Assembly (NCBI GenBank): GCA_964543265.1
Contig: CAZIWN010000001.1
Coordinates: forward strand, 38,470-102,469
From: an uncultured Candidatus Saccharibacteria bacterium
Lineage (GTDB): Bacteria > Patescibacteriota > Minisyncoccia > UBA6257 > 1-14-0-10-40-38
Direction: 5' to 3'
DNA length: 64,000 nucleotides
Positions 8,234-17,517 of this stretch are shown here, one piece after another. The notes beneath the pieces were generated by a model that saw only the letters and a program-made list of their open reading frames with translations, ran no database searches and was not told where the DNA came from. A program made the translations under genes and the position numbers. The stretch's first letter is position 1. Every line of letters begins with the position of its first letter.

Positions 8234-11129
8234 AATTTTTTAATACGACTTCTTTTGGTTCTGTGTCTAGCGCGGTATTTAAAATTATTCTAGCTTTCTG
8301 AATCTGGGAATTATTTATTTTTTGGGGATTTTCAGAAAAATTAGCTACCACCAAAACTTTTTCTTTTTCAGATTCTCTAGTAAATGCGAAGACGTTTGAG
8401 TTTCCACTGTCGTAAGAAAAATATTTTCCATATTTCAGTGCTTGAGAATTTTTTCTGAAATAAGTTAGATTTTTATAGAGATTTAATATCGATTTTGGAT
8501 TTTTAGATTCCGTTTCCACATTAACATTTAAAAAATTTGGATGTATTGGTAACCATGGAGCTTCTTGTGAAAATCCGGCATTAGCACCAGCATTCCATTG
8601 CATAGGACTTCTTTCTGGGTCTCTAGCATATTTTGCGTCTTGAACTTCTTTACCCCAAGCGTCTTGAATGTTTCTTGGTGGAATCTTTACATCTTCCATT
8701 CCCAATTCCTCTCCATAATATATAAACGCCATTCCACGTAGGGTTAAAAGAATCATAGCCATCAATCTAGATTTCCTTTCTCCTATTTTTGTAGCGATTC
8801 TTGAAACGTCATGATTTCCAAGAACATAATTAGGAACCTGATCTTCTCCCACCGAGGCATTAAAATCATCTATAAATTTTTTATAAGCAGTAGCATTCCA
8901 TGGCAGATTCATTAAGTTAAAGTTTAAAGGAGCATGGAGCTTATTTCCGCAAGCCGCATAAAGTTTTTCCATTCCTTTTATATCAAGATAAGCTTCGCTT
9001 ACCAGAAACTGGTTTCCATGCTCTCCTAAAACTGAACAAAAAGAATTTGTTGTTTCTAATAGTTCTGGTTGTCCGGTAGAAAATATGTGAAGTAGGGAAT
9101 TATACGGATCATCTCTTCCGGGAACGTAGTTTGGATTTTGTGGATCGTCTCTGAATTGAGAGTCTTTTATTAAGTGATAAATAGCGTCAGTCCTAAAACC
9201 ATCAACTCCGTGATGTATCCAAAACTTTAAGACATTTTGCATCTCCTCTTTAACTTCTTTATTCCTCCAGTTTAAATCAGGTTGGCTCTCTAAAAAAGAA
9301 TGCAGATAATATTGTCCAGTTGTTTTACTAAATTTCCAAGCAGAACCACCAAAGACAGAAACCCAGTTATTTGGCGGTGAGCCGTCGCTTTTTGGATCTC
9401 TCCATATATACCAATCTCTTTTCGGATTATTTCGTGAAGATTTAGATTCCAGAAACCACGGATGTTCCGATGAGGTGTGATTTGGGACGAAGTCCATTAA
9501 AATTTTTATTCCTCTTTTATGCGCCTCTTCTGTTAGTCTGCTAAAGATTTCCAAATCTCCGAAAACAGGATCTATATCGTAATAATCAGATATATCATAT
9601 CCAAAATCTTTTTGAGGGGATTTATAAATTGGATTAAGCCATATCGCGTTTATTCCCAAAGACTCCTTAGTTCCGTCATTTAAATAATCTAGTTTTTCTA
9701 TAATACCTTCTAGGTCGCCAATGCCATTTCCGTCAGAATCTTTAAAGCTTCTTGGATATATTTGATAAACTATCGCATGATGAGACCAATTTTCTTTTGC
9801 TGGGCTTGCATATCCTGGCATTCCAACCAATAAACTTTTTGTTTTGATTTTATAATTTTCAATTTCCGGTTGATTAAACGGATTAACTTTCATTAATTTT
9901 GCCAAAAAATAAACCTCAAGCATTTTAAACTGCATCAACTCTCCCAAATCTTCTTCTTTTAAATCTTCAAGAATTATTTCTGAATAAGGCAATCCATTTT
10001 CATAAAAAGATCCTTTAACCCCTATTAATATAGAGTCCATTATTTGTCCGATAGTTTTTCTTGTTGATTCCGGATATATTTCAGGAAATTCTCTGTCTTT
10101 AGGGACATGGGAGGTTTGGTTATTTGAAATAGATGATATAAAAGAAAAATATTTATCTTTTGGTCCCGCAAGATATAGTTGGAGTACGGAATGTAGGTCA
10201 ACTGAGCCCAGCGTGACAGTTGGTGTGAAGTTTTGCTCAACTTTTTTTCCGTCTTCTGTTTTCGCTTTACCTAAAGACTCTGCAATAAGTTGCCTCATCC
10301 ATTTTCCTAAAGATTCAAGTTCTGTGTGAAAAATAAAATGATCGTAAATATTTTTTCCAGATAATAAATTTAAATAAGCCACCGAAGCGGATTCCATAGG
10401 GGAATCACTTTGGGAATTTATTTTAGAGTTAGCCCTTTTAGCTCCTAAAATTAATTTATCAATTTTTATTTTTGCTAAAATCAGTGGAAAAAATCCCACA
10501 TTAGAAAAAACAGAAAACCTGCCAGAAAGATTTTTAGGTATTTCTAGGGTAGAAATATTTTTTTCTTTAGATTTTTTCCACAAAATAGAATCTTTCTCAG
10601 TAGTAGAAACTATTCTCTCTTCAATATTTTTAAATCTTCTTTTTAAACAATGGATCGTGTATTCTGTATTAGCTATTGTCTCTAGGGTGTCTCCAGACTT
10701 GCTAATAATATTCAAAATCACCTCATCTGGGTTTTTAATCCTTGATTCTAAGAAAAAATCCAATTTTCTTAAATATTCTGGGTCGCAAGTGTCTAAAAAT
10801 ATCAGCTTAGGATATCTACTCGTTTCTAATATGTCGTAGTGTTTATGTAGAGCTTCATAGATTGCCTTTGTTCCTAAATTAGATCCGCCTATTCCTATCA
10901 CGAATACATATTTAAGATTTTTACTCCATTTTTCTTTGGCCAAATTTTTTGAATCGTTCAAGAAAGAGTCAAATTCAGGAATGCTCGCAAAAATTTCACC
11001 AGAATTATCTTTTTTCTTATCTATAAATTCAGAAATAAAAAACGCATCAGATTTTATTCTGGCCGTTGTTTCTGCTAATAATTTTTTATCCTTAATAGCC
11101 TTGTCGCTTATAAATCTCATCTCGCACAA
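8193..11129 (-). CDS. Bifunctional fusion: N-terminal glucose-6-phosphate isomerase (PGI) plus C-terminal GH13 alpha-glucosidase/oligo-1,6-glucosidase-like domain
   Basis: Single 978-aa ORF. PGI signatures (VIGIGGSNLG, SKSGDTLET, GSVDLHSVLQLYLAG). The junction ...VGMPGYASPAKENWSHHAIVYQIYPRSFKDSDGNGIGDLEGI leads into a GH13 catalytic region (FGYDISDYYDIDPVFG, GFRTDA, NHD). Confidence 0.8.
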   Translation of the reverse strand: MCEMRFISDKAIKDKKLLAETTARIKSDAFFISEFIDKKKDNSGEIFASIPEFDSFLNDSKNLAKEKWSKNLKYVFVIGIGGSNLGTKAIYEALHKHYDILETSRYPKLIFLDTCDPEYLRKLDFFLESRIKNPDEVILNIISKSGDTLETIANTEYTIHCLKRRFKNIEERIVSTTEKDSILWKKSKEKNISTLEIPKNLSGRFSVFSNVGFFPLILAKIKIDKLILGAKRANSKINSQSDSPMESASVAYLNLLSGKNIYDHFIFHTELESLGKWMRQLIAESLGKAKTEDGKKVEQNFTPTVTLGSVDLHSVLQLYLAGPKDKYFSFISSISNNQTSHVPKDREFPEIYPESTRKTIGQIMDSILIGVKGSFYENGLPYSEIILEDLKEEDLGELMQFKMLEVYFLAKLMKVNPFNQPEIENYKIKTKSLLVGMPGYASPAKENWSHHAIVYQIYPRSFKDSDGNGIGDLEGIIEKLDYLNDGTKESLGINAIWLNPIYKSPQKDFGYDISDYYDIDPVFGDLEIFSRLTEEAHKRGIKILMDFVPNHTSSEHPWFLESKSSRNNPKRDWYIWRDPKSDGSPPNNWVSVFGGSAWKFSKTTGQYYLHSFLESQPDLNWRNKEVKEEMQNVLKFWIHHGVDGFRTDAIYHLIKDSQFRDDPQNPNYVPGRDDPYNSLLHIFSTGQPELLETTNSFCSVLGEHGNQFLVSEAYLDIKGMEKLYAACGNKLHAPLNFNLMNLPWNATAYKKFIDDFNASVGEDQVPNYVLGNHDVSRIATKIGERKSRLMAMILLTLRGMAFIYYGEELGMEDVKIPPRNIQDAWGKEVQDAKYARDPERSPMQWNAGANAGFSQEAPWLPIHPNFLNVNVETESKNPKSILNLYKNLTYFRKNSQALKYGKYFSYDSGNSNVFAFTRESEKEKVLVVANFSENPQKINNSQIQKARIILNTALDTEPKEVVLKNFELKPFEGYVFTF

Positions 11130-11192
11130 TTATAACATTTTTAGAATTAGCTCTGTGTGTTAATATGATAATCAGATTTATTTATCGTTAAA

Positions 11193-12977
11193 ATGAATAT
11201 TAAAGCTTTATTAAGTAGTAAAATTTTCCAAATTATTAAGTCTTTTTCGGGTGGAATAGTGGGTTTGCTGACAGACTTATTGTTGCTTAAAATATTTTTT
11301 TATTTTGAAAGCATCCCGCCATATTTATCTGTAGTTTTAGCTTTTTTTATCGCTCTTTACGTTAATTTTGTATTTCAAAAACACGTTTCCTTTAAGCACA
11401 AAGATGAAAATGGTCTAAATTATGGCAACGCATCTTTCTTTTTTGTTTATTGGATATTTATGTCCGGGGTCAACGTGCTTCTCATAAAATTTATAGAATC
11501 AACTTTTTATTTGAATTTATTTTACAGCCAAACCATATCATCCATGTTGATGGCTCTGGTTAGTTTTTTTGTTTATAAAAAATTAATTTTTTCCAAACTT
11601 GGCAAGGCTATAGAAGCAAGGGGAAATTTTTATGCACTTAAATATGGAAAAATATTTATAATTTCTTTTTTATCCAGAATTCTCGTCTTTCTCTATTTAT
11701 TTATAAAATTTGGGGAGGAAGCAATAGTTTGGGGAGATAGCGTTAGATATCTAGGGTCCGGAGAAAGTATTTTGCGTGGGGTTTTTGAATATGGTGGATT
11801 AAAAGAGGTTTACAGGACTCCGGGATTCCCATTTTTCTTGTCTTTTTTTATATCTTTAGGTATTCCAGTTTGGGCGATGTCTCTGTTTAATATATTACTT
11901 TCAAGTTTTATTCCGGTTTTTGTAGTGTATTTCTGCTCTAGGATAAATTTATCTGGAATTTGGAAAAAAATAGCAGTCGGACTTTCAATTTTCGAGCCCC
12001 TAATGATTTATTACAGTATCCCAATACTTCCAGATGTTTTATTTTGCGTCCTTTTATTTGCAGTAATATTTTTCATCTTAAAATTTTTAGATGTAAAAAA
12101 AATAAAATTTATTTTTATCGCTTCAATTCTAATAGGTATATTAAACTACGTTCGTCCAGTCGGAATTTATTTAAGTTTAGCAATATTTTTATTCCTATTT
12201 TTCTGGATCAAGGAAACTTCGCTTAGTAAAAGATTTTTTTATGGTTTGATTATTGTCTTAATACCCATAATAACAATGATTCCATGGCAATACAGAAACT
12301 ATAAAGTTTTTGGCGTCTTTGAATTTACCTCAGCCCTTCCAGTTAATTTATTTAATTATGCCGGAGCTTCATCTCTTTCTTTTTCTGCGAATATTCCTTA
12401 TCAAGAAGCGAAACTCAAGCTCTTAGAAGAGTTTAAAAACGAAGCACCGTATCCATCTAATCAAAAAGACTTAAGAAATAGCTCTTATCTTAAAAATAAA
12501 ACCAAAGATATTATTAGTCTTTATCCTTTAGGATATATAAAAAGCGTTATTGCTGGTCTGAATACGTTTTTATTTTCTGGCAACTATCATTATTTGCTTA
12601 TGAAATATGAAATTATAGACAGGCCAGAAGAAATAAAATCATATTCTTTTATCTGGGCCAAAGAAGGGGCTTCGGGACTATTAAAAGTGGTCTTAAAAGA
12701 TATTTCCTCTCCATACACGCTCATAGCATTTTTAGGAAAGATTTTCTGGATAATTATTGTTTTAGCGTCTTTGCTCGGCGGATTAATAAAAAGAAAGGAT
12801 CCATTGTCGGTATTGTTTTTAATAATTTTGCTTTATTTTTGCTCCACCATATTGTCTGTTGGTATAGGCGTGGAAGCTCGTCACAGGTTTGCTTTAAATC
12901 CTTTGATATTCATATTTTCCTCTGTTATGATGAAATTTATATATGAAAGATTTATCCGTAGTCGTTCCGCTATATAA
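11193..12977 (+). CDS. Polytopic membrane glycosyltransferase: GtrA-like N-terminus fused to a GT-C (PMT/ArnT-like, GT39/GT83-type) domain
   Basis: 594 aa with more than 12 predicted TM helices. The first ~130 aa resemble GtrA flippase-like proteins. The remainder has the architecture of dolichyl/undecaprenyl-phosphate-sugar dependent GT-C enzymes. Confidence 0.6.
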   Translation: MNIKALLSSKIFQIIKSFSGGIVGLLTDLLLLKIFFYFESIPPYLSVVLAFFIALYVNFVFQKHVSFKHKDENGLNYGNASFFFVYWIFMSGVNVLLIKFIESTFYLNLFYSQTISSMLMALVSFFVYKKLIFSKLGKAIEARGNFYALKYGKIFIISFLSRILVFLYLFIKFGEEAIVWGDSVRYLGSGESILRGVFEYGGLKEVYRTPGFPFFLSFFISLGIPVWAMSLFNILLSSFIPVFVVYFCSRINLSGIWKKIAVGLSIFEPLMIYYSIPILPDVLFCVLLFAVIFFILKFLDVKKIKFIFIASILIGILNYVRPVGIYLSLAIFLFLFFWIKETSLSKRFFYGLIIVLIPIITMIPWQYRNYKVFGVFEFTSALPVNLFNYAGASSLSFSANIPYQEAKLKLLEEFKNEAPYPSNQKDLRNSSYLKNKTKDIISLYPLGYIKSVIAGLNTFLFSGNYHYLLMKYEIIDRPEEIKSYSFIWAKEGASGLLKVVLKDISSPYTLIAFLGKIFWIIIVLASLLGGLIKRKDPLSVLFLIILLYFCSTILSVGIGVEARHRFALNPLIFIFSSVMMKFIYERFIRSRSAI

Positions 12978-13869
12978 CGAGGAAAAGATTTTTCCAGAGC
13001 TTTTAAATAGGCTTTTTAGCTCTCTTTCTGGTCTAAATTTTGAGATTATACTAATAGACGATGGTTCTACTGATAAGACTTATGAATTAATTTCTGAATA
13101 TGCCTCTAAAGATAAGCGGATAAAGGGAATAGTTTTTTCAAGAAATTTCGGACATCAAGCAGCGGTTTCTGCCGGATTAGATATTGCGATTGGTGAATTA
13201 ATTTTAATAATTGATGGCGATCTTCAGGATCCTCCTGAACTGATACCGGAAATGATTAAAAAAATTAATACTGGTTACGATGTCGTTTATGCAGTTAGAA
13301 AAAGCAGAAAGGAAAACTTTTGTAAAAGATTTGCCTACTCTTTCTTTTATAAGATTATGGGTAAAATATCCAAAGACATAGAGCTCCCAAAAGACTCTGG
13401 AGATTTTTCCCTTATTAGAAAAAATGTTGCAGCCGCAATGAAGGAATTAGGAGAAAGAAATAGATATGTGCGAGGAATAAGAGCGTGGGTCGGTTTTAAG
13501 CAAGTAGCTTTCCCTTACGAAAGAGATAAAAGATTTGCCGGAAAGACAAAATATACCCTAAGAAAATTATTCGGATTGGCCTATAATGGAATTTTTTCTT
13601 TTTCATATTTTCCAATAAACTTTATTAGTTTTTTAGGTGCTTTCAGTTTCACTCTTTCGGTAATTGGAATATTTTTAGTTTTATACTTTAGGCTTTTTAC
13701 GGATAGAAATATTCCAGGATTTGCTTCGCTTTCTATAATTTCTTTATTTTTAGGCGGAGTCCAATTGTTATCAGTTGGTGTTTTGGGAGAATATATCAAA
13801 AGAATTTATGACGAGACAAAAGCCCGACCAAACTATATTATTAAAAAGATAATAAACAACGATAAATAA
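12943..13869 (+). CDS. GT2 polyprenyl-phosphate glycosyltransferase (DPM1/ArnC/GtrB-like)
   Basis: 308 aa. VVVPLYNEE...IILIDDGSTD, a DxD-type GT2 core, and two C-terminal TM helices. Overlaps the upstream gene by 35 nt. Confidence 0.85.
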   Translation: MKDLSVVVPLYNEEKIFPELLNRLFSSLSGLNFEIILIDDGSTDKTYELISEYASKDKRIKGIVFSRNFGHQAAVSAGLDIAIGELILIIDGDLQDPPELIPEMIKKINTGYDVVYAVRKSRKENFCKRFAYSFFYKIMGKISKDIELPKDSGDFSLIRKNVAAAMKELGERNRYVRGIRAWVGFKQVAFPYERDKRFAGKTKYTLRKLFGLAYNGIFSFSYFPINFISFLGAFSFTLSVIGIFLVLYFRLFTDRNIPGFASLSIISLFLGGVQLLSVGVLGEYIKRIYDETKARPNYIIKKIINNDK

Positions 13870-13873
13870 AAAA

Positions 13874-14638
13874 GTGAAAAAAGAAATTATTTTTTTATCT
13901 CAGCCACAAAAGGTTAATATGGGAGATGATTGGTTTGAGATTGCAGATGAAAAGCATTTTTGGATTAAGCGAAGATTTTCAGTTTTTAAAAAGATATACC
14001 AAAAATACGCCAAATCTAATTATTTAATAGGGGAAATAGGTTGCGGATCGGGAATTTTTCAAAAACAATACGAGAATTATTACAATTCAAAGATAGACGG
14101 TTTCGATCTCAATATTAAGGCTTTAGAAAATAGTTGCGCTCAAAAAAGCGATATTTTTTGCTACGATATTTCTGAAAGAAAAGTGGATTTAAAAAATAAA
14201 TACGACATCCTTATCCTTTTTGATGTTATAGAGCACATAGAAAATGATGAAAAATTTATAGAAGACGTTAAATTTCATTTAAAAAAGAACGGCAAAATTA
14301 TAATCAATGTTCCAGCTTCTCAAATGCTGTTTAGCGATTATGACAGAGTAGTGGGGCATATGAGGCGCTACAATTCTAAGGACCTTCTTAGGATAGAGAA
14401 AAAATGTAACCTTAAATTAATCCAATGGACCTATTGGGGAATTTTTTTTGTTCCGGTAATTATTTTAAGAAAATTTCTGCTTAAAAGAAAAAAAGATGTT
14501 TCAGACATAATCCAAAATGGCTTTAATCCTAAGAATATTTTTCTAAACAAGATCATGTCTTTTATTGGTAATCTAGAATTTATTCCGCAGCATTTTTTGG
14601 GTTCATCTTTGATGTGTATCTTCGAGAAGCAAGACTAA
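13874..14638 (+). CDS. Class I SAM-dependent methyltransferase
   Basis: 254 aa. Motif I IGEIGCGSGIF, and DVIEHIEND typical of Methyltransf_11/23. Start codon uncertain (GTG at 13874 or ATG at 13919). Confidence 0.75.
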   Translation: MKKEIIFLSQPQKVNMGDDWFEIADEKHFWIKRRFSVFKKIYQKYAKSNYLIGEIGCGSGIFQKQYENYYNSKIDGFDLNIKALENSCAQKSDIFCYDISERKVDLKNKYDILILFDVIEHIENDEKFIEDVKFHLKKNGKIIINVPASQMLFSDYDRVVGHMRRYNSKDLLRIEKKCNLKLIQWTYWGIFFVPVIILRKFLLKRKKDVSDIIQNGFNPKNIFLNKIMSFIGNLEFIPQHFLGSSLMCIFEKQD

Positions 14639-14644
14639 TAAATA

Positions 14645-14675
14645 TTGACAATATACTATATAGTTATATGATATA
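14645..14675 (+). promoter_or_regulatory. Sigma70-like promoter upstream of the Cys-rich islet-2 gene
   Basis: ttgaca at 14645-14650 with an AT-rich -10 region ~17 nt downstream. RBS AGGAGG at 14709-14714. Confidence 0.35.
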
Positions 14676-14721
14676 AATCAGTACCACTAAAACCATCAAT
14701 CCTGAAAGGAGGTGATTCGTC

Positions 14722-15084
14722 TTGAGTTTGAGTTTTCGGGAAATGTTCACTTGCGGCATCTGTGGTAAAGGAGAGTGCTACAGAAAGTTTTGTTTGGATT
14801 GCGTAGATAGAATCCTGAAGACCGAGTTCAAGCATGTTTTTTGCCATTGCTCTGTTTGTGGTTGGCGCGCCATACCCAAAAACTACTTCACCTATAGAAC
14901 AAGGAAGATATTTGGCGCCAAACCAGGTGTTGGTGTGGATGTTCTGATATTCAGTGATGGATGTTTCAATGGGAGATGCGCCAAATCCAAAGCTGTTTGT
15001 CGTTGCGCCCCTCGTCATCTAGTCTTGGATATTTTTCAATTGAAAGTTGCCGCCGAAGAAGTGCGCCAATTCATGGGATCATGA
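14722..15084 (+). CDS. Cysteine-rich hypothetical protein (120 aa, 14 Cys); GC-rich, probably horizontally acquired
   Basis: TTG start 7 nt after AGGAGGTG. Sequence CGICGKGECYRKFCLDCV...CHCSVCGW...CFNGRCAKSKAVCRC. GC ~45%. Terminator hairpin immediately after the stop. The antisense 120-aa ORF lacks such signals. Confidence 0.55.
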   Translation: MSLSFREMFTCGICGKGECYRKFCLDCVDRILKTEFKHVFCHCSVCGWRAIPKNYFTYRTRKIFGAKPGVGVDVLIFSDGCFNGRCAKSKAVCRCAPRHLVLDIFQLKVAAEEVRQFMGS

Positions 15085-15128
15085 CCGTGCTAGGAAGTTT
15101 CTATAACTCCAGCACGGTCCTTTTTTTA
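15084..15128 (+). terminator. Rho-independent terminator of the islet-2 gene
   Basis: gaccgtgct...agcacggtc 9-bp stem followed by T7. Confidence 0.7.
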
Positions 15129-15184
15129 TTTCTGGGGACAAAATAATCTTATTTTTTTGTTATAATTAACTAAAACATTTAAAT

Positions 15185-17263
15185 ATGCCAGAGGAAATTT
15201 TAGAGAAAAAACCATCAGCTAAGGAAGAGGTTGACTCTTCGAGTCTTTTACCGGAAGTTATTAAAGAAAAAGATAAATCAGATTTAGTTTCTGGCGAGGT
15301 TGTTGTCCAAGAAGAAGTTTTAAAAGAGGGCGACTTGGAATTAGAAGTAGGAGTTGATGGAATAGGTCAATCTGAAGTTAGACCATTAGAGATCGATCTA
15401 TCAGGAAAATCTAATGATGTTTTGCCTACTGGCGACGGTGTAGTGGGCGATGAGTTTGAGGTTGTTGGAAGGATTTCTGATTTAGAAAAAACCGCAGACG
15501 ATTTGCCTCCTAAAAAAAGTTTTAAGGATAAATTTTTAAATATTTTAGACAGAGGCAAAGATCTTGGAAAGAATTTTTTACAAAATTCCGCAACGATTGC
15601 AGGCGATTTAGGTAGGAGAAGCGCTAAAGCTATCAGGGATAAAACTTCAGATGTTGCTGAATCATTAAAGCCCAAGTTAGAAAAAGCCATTAATGGAGCA
15701 AGAGATTTTACCGATGAAGCAGTTGCCGTTATTGGGGGCATGGCAAAAGTTGGTGCCTCTAAGCTTGGGGATAAAACAGTTGAGTTGGGGGGATTTTTAA
15801 AAGATTCAGGAATTATCATAAAGGGAGAAATAACTTCTCGCCTAGAATCGGCCGTGGCTCTAGCCGCAGATACTCTGGGAAAAATTTCTAATTCAGATAT
15901 TGTGCAGGGAGCTGTAGATAGAATTTCTATTTTTAAAAATACCATGGCCGAAGCCTGGGTTGGTTCCGGTGTTGATGAATTTAATGCTTTTATTAAGCAA
16001 CAAGAGACTGGGCTGGCGGATATAGAAAAATCTTTATCTTCTAGAAGATCAGATTTAGCCAATTTAGAGCAAATTTCTAAAGATGTTGGTTTTGATGTCA
16101 GTGAAGCCGCTAGAGAAAAACTTCAAAAAGATATAGAAAAAAAAGAAGCCGATCTAAAATCTGAAAAAGATAGAATCGACACAATGAAGGCAGAAAACAG
16201 CTTTTATGAAGTCAGGCGAACTGGTTATCTCGCTAAAATAGAGTCATCTAAAAAAAATATAGCCGACAGAATTCAAGCCAAAATAGACATAAACTCAGAG
16301 CATTCGGAAGATCTCCAAGATCGTTTAGATGAATTATCTGCAAATAAAAGAAAAAATTCCGGAGAATTAGAAAAATTAACAACTCACTTTAGGGATTTGG
16401 ATAGACTAACTAGAGAAACTGATTCCGAGGGCGCAAGGCGCTCTGCGGTTAGTTTAATGCGTCAGATTGGGCCAAGAATAAATGAATTAGAGGCAGAATT
16501 GATCGCTTGTAATAAAGATGAAGGTAAAATTTTAAAACGAAAAGCCAAAATAGATCAAAAAATAGCAAAAAATGAAGAAAATCTAGATGATATAAATTAT
16601 GAAATTAAAGAAACGCTAGATAAGGCTGATGGTGTTGAGTCAAAAAGATTTTCTGAAAGAGGGTTCTTTAAGAGATGGAATGAGGCTATGAAGGATTATC
16701 CGATAAAATGGGAAGAGATGCATTGGTTTTATGGACCAGATTTAGGAGCTAGCATACCTATAAGTAGAAGGATGATGAAAGATGATAAACATAAATCTAG
16801 ATTTATACAGATGTTGGTTAAAAGCGGTATAGATCCCAAGAGGCAGGATTTAAATAAGATATTTAAAGAAGGGCTAGATGCCATATATGGAACAAGTAAT
16901 GGCGTCGGTGGTAATAGTAAATCAGAAAAAGCTATTGATAGTAATTCAGAAACCGTAGAAGAAAAGCCAGTTTATTTCGAGGATTATTTATTAGAAGAGT
17001 CGGCTGTTAAAGAAGCAGCTCATGAAACCCAAGAAGTTAAGGGCCAAGAAAAAAGACTTTCTTTGGATGAATTTTTAGCAGCTTGGAATCAAGATTTCCC
17101 AGAGTTGTCTCTAGTGAAGGGAAACTTTGCCACCGTAAGTAAAATGAGGAGGGATAAAAGCAATATGCGCCATGTCATTTTAAACCTAGTTCACGCTCAG
17201 CATCCAGGAAGCAATCCTAAAATCGTCAAAATGTGCATTGATGCAATTTATAAAAATAAATAA
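15185..17263 (+). CDS. Large acidic coiled-coil protein, no recognisable family
   Basis: 692 aa. E/K/D-rich with long heptad-like stretches (residues ~280-470) and no TM or signal sequence. Conserved-looking C-terminal globular part (KWEEMHWFYGPDLGASIPISRRMM...). Confidence 0.6.
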   Translation: MPEEILEKKPSAKEEVDSSSLLPEVIKEKDKSDLVSGEVVVQEEVLKEGDLELEVGVDGIGQSEVRPLEIDLSGKSNDVLPTGDGVVGDEFEVVGRISDLEKTADDLPPKKSFKDKFLNILDRGKDLGKNFLQNSATIAGDLGRRSAKAIRDKTSDVAESLKPKLEKAINGARDFTDEAVAVIGGMAKVGASKLGDKTVELGGFLKDSGIIIKGEITSRLESAVALAADTLGKISNSDIVQGAVDRISIFKNTMAEAWVGSGVDEFNAFIKQQETGLADIEKSLSSRRSDLANLEQISKDVGFDVSEAAREKLQKDIEKKEADLKSEKDRIDTMKAENSFYEVRRTGYLAKIESSKKNIADRIQAKIDINSEHSEDLQDRLDELSANKRKNSGELEKLTTHFRDLDRLTRETDSEGARRSAVSLMRQIGPRINELEAELIACNKDEGKILKRKAKIDQKIAKNEENLDDINYEIKETLDKADGVESKRFSERGFFKRWNEAMKDYPIKWEEMHWFYGPDLGASIPISRRMMKDDKHKSRFIQMLVKSGIDPKRQDLNKIFKEGLDAIYGTSNGVGGNSKSEKAIDSNSETVEEKPVYFEDYLLEESAVKEAAHETQEVKGQEKRLSLDEFLAAWNQDFPELSLVKGNFATVSKMRRDKSNMRHVILNLVHAQHPGSNPKIVKMCIDAIYKNK

Positions 17264-17268
17264 ATTTT

Positions 17269-17517
17269 ATGGCTAAAGATGATTTAAAAAAAATCCAGGA
17301 TATGGAAAAAAAGATTGCCGAAGATTTGCGTCGCGCAGATGCTCTTATTAAGAAATCTGCTGAATTTCGCAGTCATCTTAATCATAAAGTTGAGGAATCT
17401 GCTTTAAAAAATAATCAAGCCAATAAAAAGATAAACGACGAGATAGAAGAAATTTCTAACGACCTAGACAAGGGTTTTATTGAGGTTGTTCTCAATACTC
17501 CAACCAAGAAAGATTAA
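17269..17517 (+). CDS. Small coiled-coil protein (82 aa)
   Basis: Immediately follows the 692-aa gene (5-nt gap). Charged helical sequence. Confidence 0.4.
   Translation: MAKDDLKKIQDMEKKIAEDLRRADALIKKSAEFRSHLNHKVEESALKNNQANKKINDEIEEISNDLDKGFIEVVLNTPTKKD

Noticed and set aside
14656-15018. 120-aa minus-strand ORF antisense to the Cys-rich gene
   Set aside because: No SD or promoter on that strand. The plus-strand ORF has AGGAGG, a TTG start and a terminator. Kept as an alternative only.
15367-16062. 231-aa minus-strand ORF inside the coiled-coil gene
   Set aside because: Antisense to a long ORF, low-complexity Ser/Ala/Leu-rich translation typical of shadow ORFs.
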